NCBI GenBank assembly: GCA_041483895.1
Contig: JBGPGO010000001.1
Location: 384,001-448,000, forward strand
Direction: 5' to 3'
DNA: 64,000 nt
Source: Fimbriimonadia bacterium
Lineage (GTDB): Bacteria > Armatimonadota > Fimbriimonadia > Fimbriimonadales > JABRVX01
The notes under the pieces were generated by a model. It saw nothing but the letters and a program-made list of their open reading frames with translations. It was not told where the DNA came from and did no database searches. Within the stretch, counting starts at the first letter, position 1. Every line of letters starts with the position of its first letter. This document shows positions 20,045 to 29,258 of this stretch, piece by piece. Both the position numbers and the translations under genes were made by a program.

Positions 20045-20488
20045 TTAGGAGACGGGCCGCCGATCAGAACGAGTGCGGGGCCTTGATGCCAAAAGGGCAC
20101 GTCGAATCGATCGGTATACGCTGGTCAATTCGGAGGCGCCTATCGGTTCTGAAGTCTGCCATCCCTCGCGAGATGACCTATCCCTCCAGATAAGGGGTGT
20201 CTCGCCGAAATCTCCTGGATAACCTTCAATGGAGACACCGCTATGCGTTCTTTCCATCAGGATAACTCCACCAAGTTGGCCAACGAGTCCAATTTTCCCT
20301 CCGTGTACTCGACCACCCTTACTATCGTCCCGCCTTAACTCCATGCTAACCCGTAATTCTCGATCTTGGCTCAGCCGTTGCAGCAAAACCCCTACGAACG
20401 CCGCTTCATTTTCAAATTCTGGCCAGTGCTCCGAAACAATATTTTCGATCGTTGATTCGTCATGCAAATCTATCATCTCGCTCGGCAC
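20045..20488 (-). CDS. Hypothetical protein
   Basis: 147-aa ORF with AGGAG SD and GTG start; no recognised motif. Confidence 0.5.
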   Translation of the reverse strand: MPSEMIDLHDESTIENIVSEHWPEFENEAAFVGVLLQRLSQDRELRVSMELRRDDSKGGRVHGGKIGLVGQLGGVILMERTHSGVSIEGYPGDFGETPLIWRDRSSREGWQTSEPIGASELTSVYRSIRRALLASRPRTRSDRRPVS

Positions 20489-20595
20489 TCTCCTCTTTTG
20501 CCTGGGATTTCTTCAGCGAAGTACAATGATGCTTCTTTGTCACGCGCAGATCGTCATGTTGACGGACTGGACGGATTGCAAATTCGCGGAAAAGT

Positions 20596-21117
20596 TCAGT
20601 CCTCGACCTTCAAGCTCCTCATTTGTGATTCGATTCGGGCCGCCCAGTCTGGAACTTCCTTTGTTGCCAATGACTCTGCAGTCTGCACGAGGACTCCACA
20701 GTACCATAGCAAACTGGTTGACACCGCATCGAAGGACTTGGAGCGACTGCTAGCCCTTTCGAATGCGTCAGCGTCTGCCGCCGTACGCGGCCTCGCCAGA
20801 TTCAATCCAAGGCACCTCGCAGAAAGGACAAGACAGACGAGTTGAAACTTGTTGGCCGCTGCGAGCGATCGGGGATTAGCCTTTAGAGTATGAATGATAG
20901 CATTCGTACGCTCGCACTCGGATACGATCAATGCCGCATATTTCTGGCTCGCATTTCCACCTCTTTCATCCTGGTTCACGGCCTTAGCGGCTGACCAGAT
21001 TCCGGTGCACTCTCTCTCACATGCATCGCATTTACTAACAACCCACTCTTTGGTGTAAGTCTCTTCCGAAAATGGTTGCGCCGCAACCGTAGCAATCAAA
21101 ATGAACAATGGTATCAT
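20596..21117 (-). CDS. Hypothetical secreted helical protein, Cys-rich
   Basis: Signal-peptide-like MIPLFILIATVAAQ; AAGGGG SD. Confidence 0.55.
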   Translation of the reverse strand: MIPLFILIATVAAQPFSEETYTKEWVVSKCDACERECTGIWSAAKAVNQDERGGNASQKYAALIVSECERTNAIIHTLKANPRSLAAANKFQLVCLVLSARCLGLNLARPRTAADADAFERASSRSKSFDAVSTSLLWYCGVLVQTAESLATKEVPDWAARIESQMRSLKVED

Positions 21118-21478
21118 GTCGTCCCCTTTTTCGCAGTGTGGTCTTAGACCTCGCTGGCCCCTTGCACCACGTCCTAGGTCCATCGGGCAGACCTACGCAA
21201 CCCCGTTAGCAGAGGAACTGCAGGTCGGGAGAGCGATGAATTCTACCTTAATCCGCCGTTTGTGGTCCACCACGCAACTGTTCCGGTCCCCGACGCGCCG
21301 TGGTGTCTCACCACGCGCCGTAACTCTACCGGTCTTCCGACCATCAAAGCGCCGCAAGAGTTGTGCAGACGTTGTCCTGTCGCCGTACATGTGATTGTGG
21401 AGGCAAATCACGTGAATTCGCCATTGCCGCAGTGGTCGGCACGGACCCTCAACAATGTGATTGTTGAGGAATATCAAA

Positions 21479-21712
21479 CTACGATGCGACCCGCACGTAC
21501 TCGCCGGACGAACCGGGCGTCGGAACAGAAGCGCCGTCAGCCTTGGCGGACTCGATCCAGACCTCAATGGCTTCCCGAATGCGTTCGATTGCCTCATTCC
21601 GCGTCGCTCCCCAACTGTGGCAGCCCGGAAGATCGGGGGCTGTGACGGAATAGCGACCATCAGGCTCTTTTTCCAGGATGACGAGGTACTCCGATGCCTG
21701 GTGGTTTCTCAC
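21479..21712 (-). CDS. hicB: HicB family antitoxin (no hicA alongside)
   Basis: YLVILEKEPDGRYSVTAPDLPGCHSWGAT.EAIERIREAI...VPTP. Confidence 0.88.
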   Translation of the reverse strand: MRNHQASEYLVILEKEPDGRYSVTAPDLPGCHSWGATRNEAIERIREAIEVWIESAKADGASVPTPGSSGEYVRVAS

Positions 21713-21748
21713 CCATCCTAGATCCCATCCGATAGCCGGAAGAAATGT

Positions 21749-21895
21749 TCACGAAGAACCTTTCTTTTCAATTTTCACCACGGTCCCCGGCTTCACAGTT
21801 TCCAGAGCAAGCAGTACATCTTCGGCCAATTCACCCAAGGCCACGAAATCCTGCGAAGGCGCCCTTAGAACCAGGATCGCAATCTTGGAACGCAT
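21749..21895 (-). pseudogene. Internally deleted DUF5615 (VapC45-like PIN) toxin
   Basis: MR|SKIAILVLRAPSQDFVALGELAEDVLLALETVKPGTVVKI resembles only the C-terminal third of DUF5615; lies directly after DUF433. Confidence 0.65.
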
Positions 21896-22134
21896 GATTC
21901 GGCATCCGTCGCTTGATGGACTAGAGCCAACTGCCAGCGAAGCACGGCCTGAATGTGCTCCTCGCTCAGAGAGGGGTAGCTGGCAAGGATTTCTTCGACA
22001 CTGTGACCAGCAGCCAGGTTATCGACCACTGTGTCCAGCGGAACGCGGGTGCCGTTAAAACAGGGTTCGCCACCTAGTATTTCGGGGTCAATGTTCATAA
22101 CGTGCTCGAGGCCGTGTGGGATTTTCGTGAGCAT
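21865..22134 (-). CDS. DUF433 (VapB45-like) antitoxin
   Basis: IDPEILGGEPCFNGTRVPL...GHSVEEILASYPSL. Confidence 0.88.
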   Translation of the reverse strand: MLTKIPHGLEHVMNIDPEILGGEPCFNGTRVPLDTVVDNLAAGHSVEEILASYPSLSEEHIQAVLRWQLALVHQATDAESCVPRLRSWF

Positions 22135-22240
22135 GAGATTGAGTATACCGTCGCTGGCCGCCTGATGGGACTGACCTTTCTTCCCCCGTTGCGACGTGGT
22201 GTTCCACTATGCGCGGCAACCGGACCAAAGCCCTAAAGAG

Positions 22241-22270
22241 TTGACAAGCGTCTACCTGTTCAGGTATCAT
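22241..22270 (+). promoter_or_regulatory. Sigma70-type promoter with palindromic operator
   Basis: TTGACA-N18-TATCAT; TACCTG-TT-CAGGTA at 22253-22266 overlaps the spacer and -10. Confidence 0.6.
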
Positions 22271-22275
22271 ACCCC

Positions 22276-22480
22276 CAATGCTGCAGCAGCGCAATCCATA
22301 AAACATAGTCACTGGTGGCTATCCCGAAACCGTTCGACCCGCGTCGGCGCGGCCGTCTGTTTCGAAATCAAATAGGGTGAAGTGGTCTCCGCGGCGGGCA
22401 AAGCCCAACAGAACGCGGCGTGTGTGTCCTAACCCGGTGTGCGCGCCCTTCCTTCCGGCCAACCCCCCGCGGAACCATTC
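22276..22480 (+). ncRNA. Candidate structured non-coding RNA of unknown family
   Basis: Downstream of the promoter with no credible ORF; nested stems whose G-U pairs favour the plus strand. Confidence 0.35.
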
Positions 22481-22505
22481 TCCCCGATCGACTCCGTCGC
22501 TCGGG

Positions 22506-23609
22506 CTATTTCCGCTGCCTTCTCCGCCGCAAAACCGCCGCGACAACACCCAACCCCAGCGCCACCGTCGCCGGCTCCGGCACAACGCGCGCATTGTCGA
22601 TAAGGGATGAGACATTCTGCCCATTATCGATCCCTTGGAACCGCAAATTCATGGTAGCTGAGGTCGCCGCAAAGAATGCCGTTTGCTCAGGGGTCCAGAC
22701 ACCAAATGAGGACACGGAGCCCAGAATCTCAAGGGAATCCGCAAACACATGAAGGTGGTGGCCAGCTCCCGGCAAACCAGATAGATCAAACAGTACCTGA
22801 TACTGATCGCCAACAACCAGATCAGTCATGTCCTGCGATACATAGCCGTCCCTTTGGACGAATCCAAACTGCTTCCCGTTGGTGGCTGTGGAACCCCAAG
22901 GACTGCCTACCGAAGCTATGCCGGTCCCGCGATCAAACGCAAAGTGCGGCACAAATGTCCAGCCGACACCAACTGTTCGCGGATCGTAGGCCCAAGCTTT
23001 TGGATCAAGATTCGGCGATTCAAAATCCCCGTTCCCAATATGCCGGTAACCGTACGATGGCGGAGTATATGTGGAGATCGTAACATCGTCTATCAAAGAT
23101 GCCCGATCGGGCGACGCCCCAGATGAGCCGACAAAGCCGATCATCTGTGACGTCGCGGTCGCGACGAAAGGTTGATATTGGTACTGAAGCCAACTGAAGG
23201 AAAAAGGCAGGACGCCTCCACCTTGAGCGACTCCATCCACTGTCAACTGCATTGAGTTGCTTGTGTCGGCCCCAAAACCTCCATGACGCACGGCATTCCA
23301 TGCGCGTACGACATACGCTTGCCCAACTACCAAATTCGAGACCTGTTGTCGTATCTCGCCCGGCGTACCACTATTCGTTTGGACGAACCCATATTGCTGG
23401 CCGCCGTGCGCACCGGTGCCCCACGGACCGCTGCCATTCGCTACCCCCGAACTATTCGTAAGACTCCAACCAAAGCCTGAAGGCCTATAAGACCAATTGC
23501 CCGTGCCGAGATTCGGCGACTCAAAACCAGCGTTGGTAAATCCGGGAAGGTCGGCAAAGGCTATGCTCGCGGCGGCAATCGCCGCCACCATTGCGAAAAG
23601 CGTTCTCAT
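22506..23609 (-). CDS. PEP-CTERM surface protein with two DUF642/galactose-binding-like repeats
   Basis: Signal peptide; two similar domains (N.GFESPNL...W...SPWG...QFGFVQ...SLID); VPEP-TM-RRRRQRK tail. Confidence 0.85.
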   Translation of the reverse strand: MRTLFAMVAAIAAASIAFADLPGFTNAGFESPNLGTGNWSYRPSGFGWSLTNSSGVANGSGPWGTGAHGGQQYGFVQTNSGTPGEIRQQVSNLVVGQAYVVRAWNAVRHGGFGADTSNSMQLTVDGVAQGGGVLPFSFSWLQYQYQPFVATATSQMIGFVGSSGASPDRASLIDDVTISTYTPPSYGYRHIGNGDFESPNLDPKAWAYDPRTVGVGWTFVPHFAFDRGTGIASVGSPWGSTATNGKQFGFVQRDGYVSQDMTDLVVGDQYQVLFDLSGLPGAGHHLHVFADSLEILGSVSSFGVWTPEQTAFFAATSATMNLRFQGIDNGQNVSSLIDNARVVPEPATVALGLGVVAAVLRRRRQRK

Positions 23610-23784
23610 TTTATCACCTCAGCATCGCGCAAGCGCGAATGGCATTAGCAGCCAGGCCGAGAAGAATGAAAAACCATCGCTTGCAATAATAACACAGAAT
23701 TGCCGCTATGTCGATATCGCAGCCCCGAAAACGCGGGCGCTTGAGAGCTGCCAACTTGTCGGATATCGGCATGCGGTCCCGCGG

Positions 23785-24549
23785 CTACAGGACTCTCAGA
23801 ACGACTTCATGCAACGCACTGTTGCTACCGATCACATTCGGCGTGAAGTAGTTGGGGTTGCCGGACCAGTCGGTGATCTGGCCGCCGGCTTCGCGCACGA
23901 TGGGATAGAGCGCGCAGACGTCCCACGGACTGACGCTGGCATCGATAAACGCGTCGGCGCGGCCAGCGGCGACCATAAGAAGACCGTAGGCATCCGGCAG
24001 CGTTTTGACCTCGGCGCATAGGGGGAGCATGCGTTCCAGCGAAGATGCCTTCCCCTGTCGATACAGAAAGGCCAGCTCGCAAAAACCCACCAACGCGGCA
24101 TCCAGGCGATCGGTGGACGAGACGTGGATCGGGCGGGAGTTGCACGCGACGCCACAGCCGTCCGCCGCGCAATACAGCTCGTCCAACGCCGGCAGATAGG
24201 CCGCCCCCGCCACCGGCCGGCCCTCCACCTCCACCCCCACCAAAACCGAGTAGGTCGGCAGGCCCCGGATAAAAGCCTTCGTGCCGTCGATCGGGTCGAT
24301 CACCCATCTTATCGGCGCCGCGCCATTCTCCTCGCCATACTCCTCCCCCACCATCCCGTGCGACGGGTAGGTCCGTCGAATCGCCTCCCGAATGATCTTT
24401 TCCGCCCCCCGATCCGCCTCCGTCACCGGCGATTGGTCGGCCTTGCGATCAACCGCTACTCCGTTGTTGAAATATTCCAGCGTGAACTGCCCCGCGCGAT
24501 GGGCGATGTCGGCGGCGAAGTCGCGTAGTTCTGAAAGGGGAGGAATCAT
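23785..24549 (-). CDS. hisN: Histidinol-phosphatase, inositol monophosphatase family
   Basis: SPVTEADR, GEEYG, WVIDPIDGTKAF and PWD motifs. Confidence 0.8.
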   Translation of the reverse strand: MIPPLSELRDFAADIAHRAGQFTLEYFNNGVAVDRKADQSPVTEADRGAEKIIREAIRRTYPSHGMVGEEYGEENGAAPIRWVIDPIDGTKAFIRGLPTYSVLVGVEVEGRPVAGAAYLPALDELYCAADGCGVACNSRPIHVSSTDRLDAALVGFCELAFLYRQGKASSLERMLPLCAEVKTLPDAYGLLMVAAGRADAFIDASVSPWDVCALYPIVREAGGQITDWSGNPNYFTPNVIGSNSALHEVVLRVL

Positions 24550-26456
24550 GAGGGAAAGCTTACCGCCTCCCGCGCAATGGCCGCACGCCGGAACAGCGGC
24601 GACCCATCGACGCCGACGATCTCCCCCACCTCGACCGCGCCCCGGACCGAATTGCCAAGAAGTATGCGCTCACACAGATTCAGTTCGGCCACCGGCAGGC
24701 TTCTCTCCACCGCGCCGAGCCTTGGCGCCATCCGCGCCCGCCAGATGCCGGGGAGGAGGCCGTCCACCTCCGGCGGCGTGCACCATTGGCCGTCCAGCAG
24801 ATAGAACAGGTTGGTGATGCTACCCTCCGTTACGTTGCCCATCTCGTTGACGAGCAGCCCTTCCCAACAGCCCAATTCCTCCGCCACCCGCCGCGCCTCG
24901 TCGTGCAAAGCCCGCTCCGTCGTTTTGTGCCGCAGCATTCTGTCGGCGCATTGGACGCGGAGGTTGGTCAGCGCGGCCCTCACTCGCCGCTGGGGCTTGG
25001 GCATGGGGCGACAGTCGATGGACAACTCGCCGTGCGCGGAAACCGCTAGCCGGATCACGGCCCCTTTCTCCATCTCCAAAAGCCTTAGCGCTGCCGCTCT
25101 GTCGAACGGATAGCCCCAATATTCCGCGGATTCTGCCATCCGATCCAGATGGTCTTCCAAAAACCGTACCCGGCCGGTGGCGCCACGAATCATGGTCTCA
25201 AAGATCTCGAATTCTCGGGGCCGAGCACTAAGAAAGGTCGCCTTGAGCCTCGTCTCCTCGAATTCGTTCTCGGGCTTGGAGTCCCAGGTGATGCCACCTC
25301 CGACTCCCATCTCCCATCGGCCCGCTTGATGCGTCAGAGTGCGGATTGCGACGTTGAAACGGCATTGAACCCCCACCCAACCCTCCCCCTTTCCCAGGCT
25401 GCCGCCTGAAAAAAGGGGAGGGCTTTCAGAACGAGCCCCCACCCTAAACCTCCCCCGCAACCGGGGGAGGGGATTCTGGTTGTCGGCCTCCTGACAGCGG
25501 GGGAGGGGACCGGGCAGGAAGCAGCCGATCGTGCCGGTGTACATGCCGCGGGCTTCGGGTTCCAGGTCCTGAATCAGCTCCATCGTCCGACGTTTTGGCG
25601 CCCCCGTCACCGATCCGGGCGGGAAGGTGGCGGCGAAAAGTTCGGCGGGGGTGACGTTGGTTCGGAGTTGGCCACAGATCTGGCTCGTGAGCTGATGCAC
25701 CGTCGCATACTTCTCAACATCGAACAGGGACTCGACATGGACGGAGCCATATTCGCAGACGCGGCCCAGATCGTTTCGCATCAGGTCCACGATCATCAGG
25801 TTCTCGGCCAGCTCCTTCGGATCGCCAAGCAGGGCCTCAGCTTGCCGCCGATCATCGGAGAGAGCAACGCCGCGGGGACGAGTACCCTTCATCGGCTTCG
25901 TCCGCACCACCCCGTCTTGGACCGAAAGAAACAGCTCCGGAGACAGGCTGAGAATTTGATGCTCCCCGGTGTCCACATAGGCCGCATGGGGCACCGGATG
26001 GACCGATCGGAGCCACAGGAAGTATTGCCAAGGATCGATGTCCGCCTCAAATCGGAGTTTGAAGGTCAGATTCACTTGATAGGTGTCCCCGGCGGCGATC
26101 CATCGGCGGACCGCCTCGACCGTATCCAAATATTCCGGCTCTGTTATTCCCGGCCTCGGATGCACCTCCGGCGGCGCGGCAAGGTCGGAGGATGGGCAGG
26201 TCCAATCCGACTCCCATCGTTCGTAGACGCCAAACCAGCAGAGCGGCAGGCCATCCGATTCGCGGGTCGGCAGCCCGAAGGCAGCACCGGCGTCGTATGT
26301 CATGAATCCGGCCACAGCCCGTCCCGCCTCCAGCTCGCTCGCGAGTGAGCGCAGCACCGGCGCCACCTCATCGATGGATCGAGCGGTTAGCGACCGGATG
26401 GGATCGGTAAACAGCAGCGGGGGCGATCCCTCCAAGAAAATAACGCCGGGCCTCAT
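24546..26456 (-). CDS. pabB: Aminodeoxychorismate synthase component I fused to a class IV (PabC-like) lyase, with an in-frame repeat insertion
   Basis: YQVN, SPELFL, PMKGT, ENLMIVDLMRNDLG, TGAPK and FNVAIRT; C-terminal ETM..HLDR, HKTT, EGSITN and LLPG. Confidence 0.92.
   Translation of the reverse strand: MRPGVIFLEGSPPLLFTDPIRSLTARSIDEVAPVLRSLASELEAGRAVAGFMTYDAGAAFGLPTRESDGLPLCWFGVYERWESDWTCPSSDLAAPPEVHPRPGITEPEYLDTVEAVRRWIAAGDTYQVNLTFKLRFEADIDPWQYFLWLRSVHPVPHAAYVDTGEHQILSLSPELFLSVQDGVVRTKPMKGTRPRGVALSDDRRQAEALLGDPKELAENLMIVDLMRNDLGRVCEYGSVHVESLFDVEKYATVHQLTSQICGQLRTNVTPAELFAATFPPGSVTGAPKRRTMELIQDLEPEARGMYTGTIGCFLPGPLPRCQEADNQNPLPRLRGRFRVGARSESPPLFSGGSLGKGEGWVGVQCRFNVAIRTLTHQAGRWEMGVGGGITWDSKPENEFEETRLKATFLSARPREFEIFETMIRGATGRVRFLEDHLDRMAESAEYWGYPFDRAAALRLLEMEKGAVIRLAVSAHGELSIDCRPMPKPQRRVRAALTNLRVQCADRMLRHKTTERALHDEARRVAEELGCWEGLLVNEMGNVTEGSITNLFYLLDGQWCTPPEVDGLLPGIWRARMAPRLGAVERSLPVAELNLCERILLGNSVRGAVEVGEIVGVDGSPLFRRAAIAREAVSFPS
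25369..25510. repeat. Palindromic repeat family B (CCCCCACCCAACCCTCCCC...GGGGAGGG) inserted in frame within pabB
   Basis: Unit 25370-25422 is nearly identical to intergenic copies at 44729-44781 and 49355-49432; two further related hairpins follow. Confidence 0.85.
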
Positions 26457-26516
26457 GGCGCAAACTATGGCCGGTTGGTAGCGGAAAGTCAAGAGATGTC
26501 GTGATACACTGTTATT

Positions 26517-27854
26517 ATGAACCTCTGGCTTGCCCTATTTGTCATCATTGCGCAGCAATCGCCGACCCAACATCCACCGGGGGATACGCAGGTCGTAAAG
26601 CCCGCATGGACGACGATGGCCCTTGGCCAAGCCGGAGAGCCGTTCGTGGCGACCGACGATCAGGGACATGTCTATGTGACCGGCCATATCTATAACGGCT
26701 CCAGCAGCCAGGCGATCTTCTACGCCTCCTCCGACCATGGCGCCACCTTCCCCACCAGCCACGTGTTCAATGGCACGTGCTGCGACTTCCAGGTGCATGC
26801 AGGTCCGGCCGGCATTGTCTATGTCTCCTACCTGCCATCCGGGGACGGTGTCAATCTGGCGGTCTCGAGCGATTTTGGCGCAAGCTTCTCGCAGGACAAA
26901 ACAGTGCTCGCCGGGCCGCTCGACCGGGAGTGGATCGATACGCGCAACGGCAATTTGGACGCGGTCTATTCCGATGGATACATCGGGGGGCCGGTCTCCA
27001 AAGGCGTCTTTTTCTCCACAAGCGCCAATTTCGGCGATACCTTTACTATGAAGACCCGAATGGACAACGAACCCAGCGGCACGGAAGCGATTGATCCCAT
27101 GATCTCCTGCAAGGCGAATGTCATTCTGGGAGGCTGGCTCACATCAACCGACCGCAACAGCATCGACGCGTTTCGCGTATCTCGCTCGACGGACGGTGGC
27201 CAGACGTTCCAAGGGCATACAACCATTTTCAACGTCAGCAAAGCCATTGGCGACACGCAGGAGCGCTGGATTTCCGGGGTTCTCGTTTCCTGTCCCGGCC
27301 AGACCTATTACACAGTCTTCCAGAATTACGCCCTGATCAATGTCGACGGGACCGACCGGAAGGCATTGCTACTGTATTACCGGCGTTCCACGGACGGCGG
27401 TGCGACCTGGAGCGCGGCCAAAACCGTCACCCCACTGAGTGAAATTAAGGACGCCATCCGACATTATCAGGCGACGAAATGGACGGACGACGCGGCAATC
27501 TGGCCTTACTACATCCAGCACGAGCCGTGGGTCTGCATCGATCCGTACGGCACGCTTCATGTGGTCTGGTTCGACAATCGGGACGGCCAAAACCCCAACG
27601 TCATGAATTCAAAGTGGCGGGTCTATCACGGGCAGGGCCGCTATGATACGGACGTCTGGGAAAAAACGGATGCGATTTCGGAGTCGTTCCTTTGCGTGCA
27701 GCCTAATCTTGACTACATATCTTGCGCGGCGGACAGCAAGTATGTGTATTGCGCGTGGATCCGGCGGATCAGCCAGACCAGCACGGGCTGGTCATTTTCC
27801 GGCGACCTCTTCTTCAGCCGGCGACCGGTTAATGCCTTCAAGCCGATCCGATAA
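26517..27854 (+). CDS. Secreted BNR/Asp-box beta-propeller (sialidase-like) protein
   Basis: Signal peptide; Asp boxes SSDHGATF, SSDFGASF, SANFGDTF, STDGGQTF and STDGGATW. Confidence 0.82.
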   Translation: MNLWLALFVIIAQQSPTQHPPGDTQVVKPAWTTMALGQAGEPFVATDDQGHVYVTGHIYNGSSSQAIFYASSDHGATFPTSHVFNGTCCDFQVHAGPAGIVYVSYLPSGDGVNLAVSSDFGASFSQDKTVLAGPLDREWIDTRNGNLDAVYSDGYIGGPVSKGVFFSTSANFGDTFTMKTRMDNEPSGTEAIDPMISCKANVILGGWLTSTDRNSIDAFRVSRSTDGGQTFQGHTTIFNVSKAIGDTQERWISGVLVSCPGQTYYTVFQNYALINVDGTDRKALLLYYRRSTDGGATWSAAKTVTPLSEIKDAIRHYQATKWTDDAAIWPYYIQHEPWVCIDPYGTLHVVWFDNRDGQNPNVMNSKWRVYHGQGRYDTDVWEKTDAISESFLCVQPNLDYISCAADSKYVYCAWIRRISQTSTGWSFSGDLFFSRRPVNAFKPIR

Positions 27855-27920
27855 CCGTCTGTAACTTCGGGTCCGAATTGCAATCGCCGCCAATTGGCAG
27901 TATCCCAAGCGCCCGCGGAA

Positions 27921-28778
27921 TCAGTCCCGCAAATCCCACCAGGCGTTCTTGAACTCGTTCTCCAAGAAGGCCTGCGACGAGGTGTTAGTGTGCGGATAGA
28001 TCGGCCCGTCCGTCCAATACTGGTGCGGATAGATCGTCTGGCTGAACCGGAGGCTCTTAACATGGGTATCGGCAAACACCCAGTTGTGAATTCCGTTGTG
28101 GTTGAAGAACAGGCTCGCCTTCTTATCACAGTTCGTGCATTCGCATGCGCCGTTGACAATGCACCAGTCACCCAGGTCCGGTGGGCTCCCGCGAGACTCG
28201 AGAATGTAAATCAGCGCCGCCGGTTCCTTCAATTCCTTCTTGTTTCGAGGCCGCTGGCGGTTGGAGAGCCCCAAATCCAGCGCCGACGATTCATGGAACC
28301 ACCGGCCATTATAGGCGTAGGATTTCGGATACCATTCGGGCCTGTCCTCGGGCCGATCGGTCGCCTTTCCATAACAGTGGTTCGATTCGATGCCGGGATA
28401 GCCCTGATTACCCCAGCCTCCATCCGCGGATGTCCAGACTAGCGGATTTGCGGGGCATTTCTGTACGTCCTTGCTCTTTACGTAGTTGGCGATGACCCGT
28501 TTCCAGTCGATGCAAGACCCATGCAAAGCGCCCCAGTTCGAGCTGGGAACGTAGCCGTGGGCCGGATCCGGCATCCGGTTCATGGGATAGGCGTCGTTGT
28601 AATCCGACAGATAGATTTCCACCGCTATGGCCATCTGTCGGATATTGGACGCGCATTGGCGCGTCCTAGCAGCGTTGCGGGCTTGGGCAAAGACAGGAAA
28701 CAAAATGGCGGCCAAGATTGCGATGATGGCGATGACTACCAACAGTTCTATCAGCGTAAAAGCACGGATTTGCCGCAT
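27921..28778 (-). CDS. Prepilin-type N-terminal cleavage/methylation protein (DUF1559 / H-X9-DG family)
   Basis: [35 protein letters not shown]-terminal [15 protein letters not shown]. Confidence 0.9.
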   Translation of the reverse strand: MRQIRAFTLIELLVVIAIIAILAAILFPVFAQARNAARTRQCASNIRQMAIAVEIYLSDYNDAYPMNRMPDPAHGYVPSSNWGALHGSCIDWKRVIANYVKSKDVQKCPANPLVWTSADGGWGNQGYPGIESNHCYGKATDRPEDRPEWYPKSYAYNGRWFHESSALDLGLSNRQRPRNKKELKEPAALIYILESRGSPPDLGDWCIVNGACECTNCDKKASLFFNHNGIHNWVFADTHVKSLRFSQTIYPHQYWTDGPIYPHTNTSSQAFLENEFKNAWWDLRD

Positions 28779-28810
28779 GGCTCACCCCTCCGAACCAAAT
28801 TGGATGGTTC

Positions 28811-29041
28811 TTACGGAGACATTATAGGCCGTGTATCTTCCCGTGTCAACACATCTTGCTCAGGCTGGGAAAAACTCGTGTGTTCCGCGCCGTAAGAAAT
28901 GAGCCACAGAAGCGCCGCCGCGCCGACAATGGCCCCGGCCGGACCGAGGATCGTTGCTAGGATGACCTCTCCGAAAACCGCGACCGTACACCAAAGGAGA
29001 ACCGCGAAAGGGCGGAGCATCGAGTCAAAACTCCGGGACAT
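28811..29041 (-). CDS. Small hypothetical membrane protein
   Basis: Two hydrophobic segments; start uncertain. Confidence 0.4.
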   Translation of the reverse strand: MSRSFDSMLRPFAVLLWCTVAVFGEVILATILGPAGAIVGAAALLWLISYGAEHTSFSQPEQDVLTREDTRPIMSP

Positions 29042-29258
29042 TAGTATCGTCCGCGTGCGCGAAACGTAACAAGAGTTTCGGTCTATTTTCATCGCCGGTG
29101 GAGATCGAGCCGCAGGCTTTTTTTCGAGAAACCCCCACTTCTACGGATGACGGATTAAGGACAAAAGTTCCGTTTCATGGCAAGAAGCCCTATCGGCCGG
29201 CTGTAGTGGCCGCGGGCGGGTCGTTGCATGCCGCGTTGGCTGACTTTGGGAGGGAACG

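Noticed and set aside
21340..21478. Fragment RIHVICLHNHMYGD resembling DUF1259
   Set aside because: Too short and without a start; at most a small remnant.
17700..22200. Prophage or integrative element
   Set aside because: No integrase, transposase, structural genes or att repeats were recognised.
22383..22478. tRNA-like element ending in ACCA, or SRP-like GGAAGGAAG on the minus strand
   Set aside because: No T-loop or anticodon arm; the SRP CAGG/AGCA internal loop is absent.
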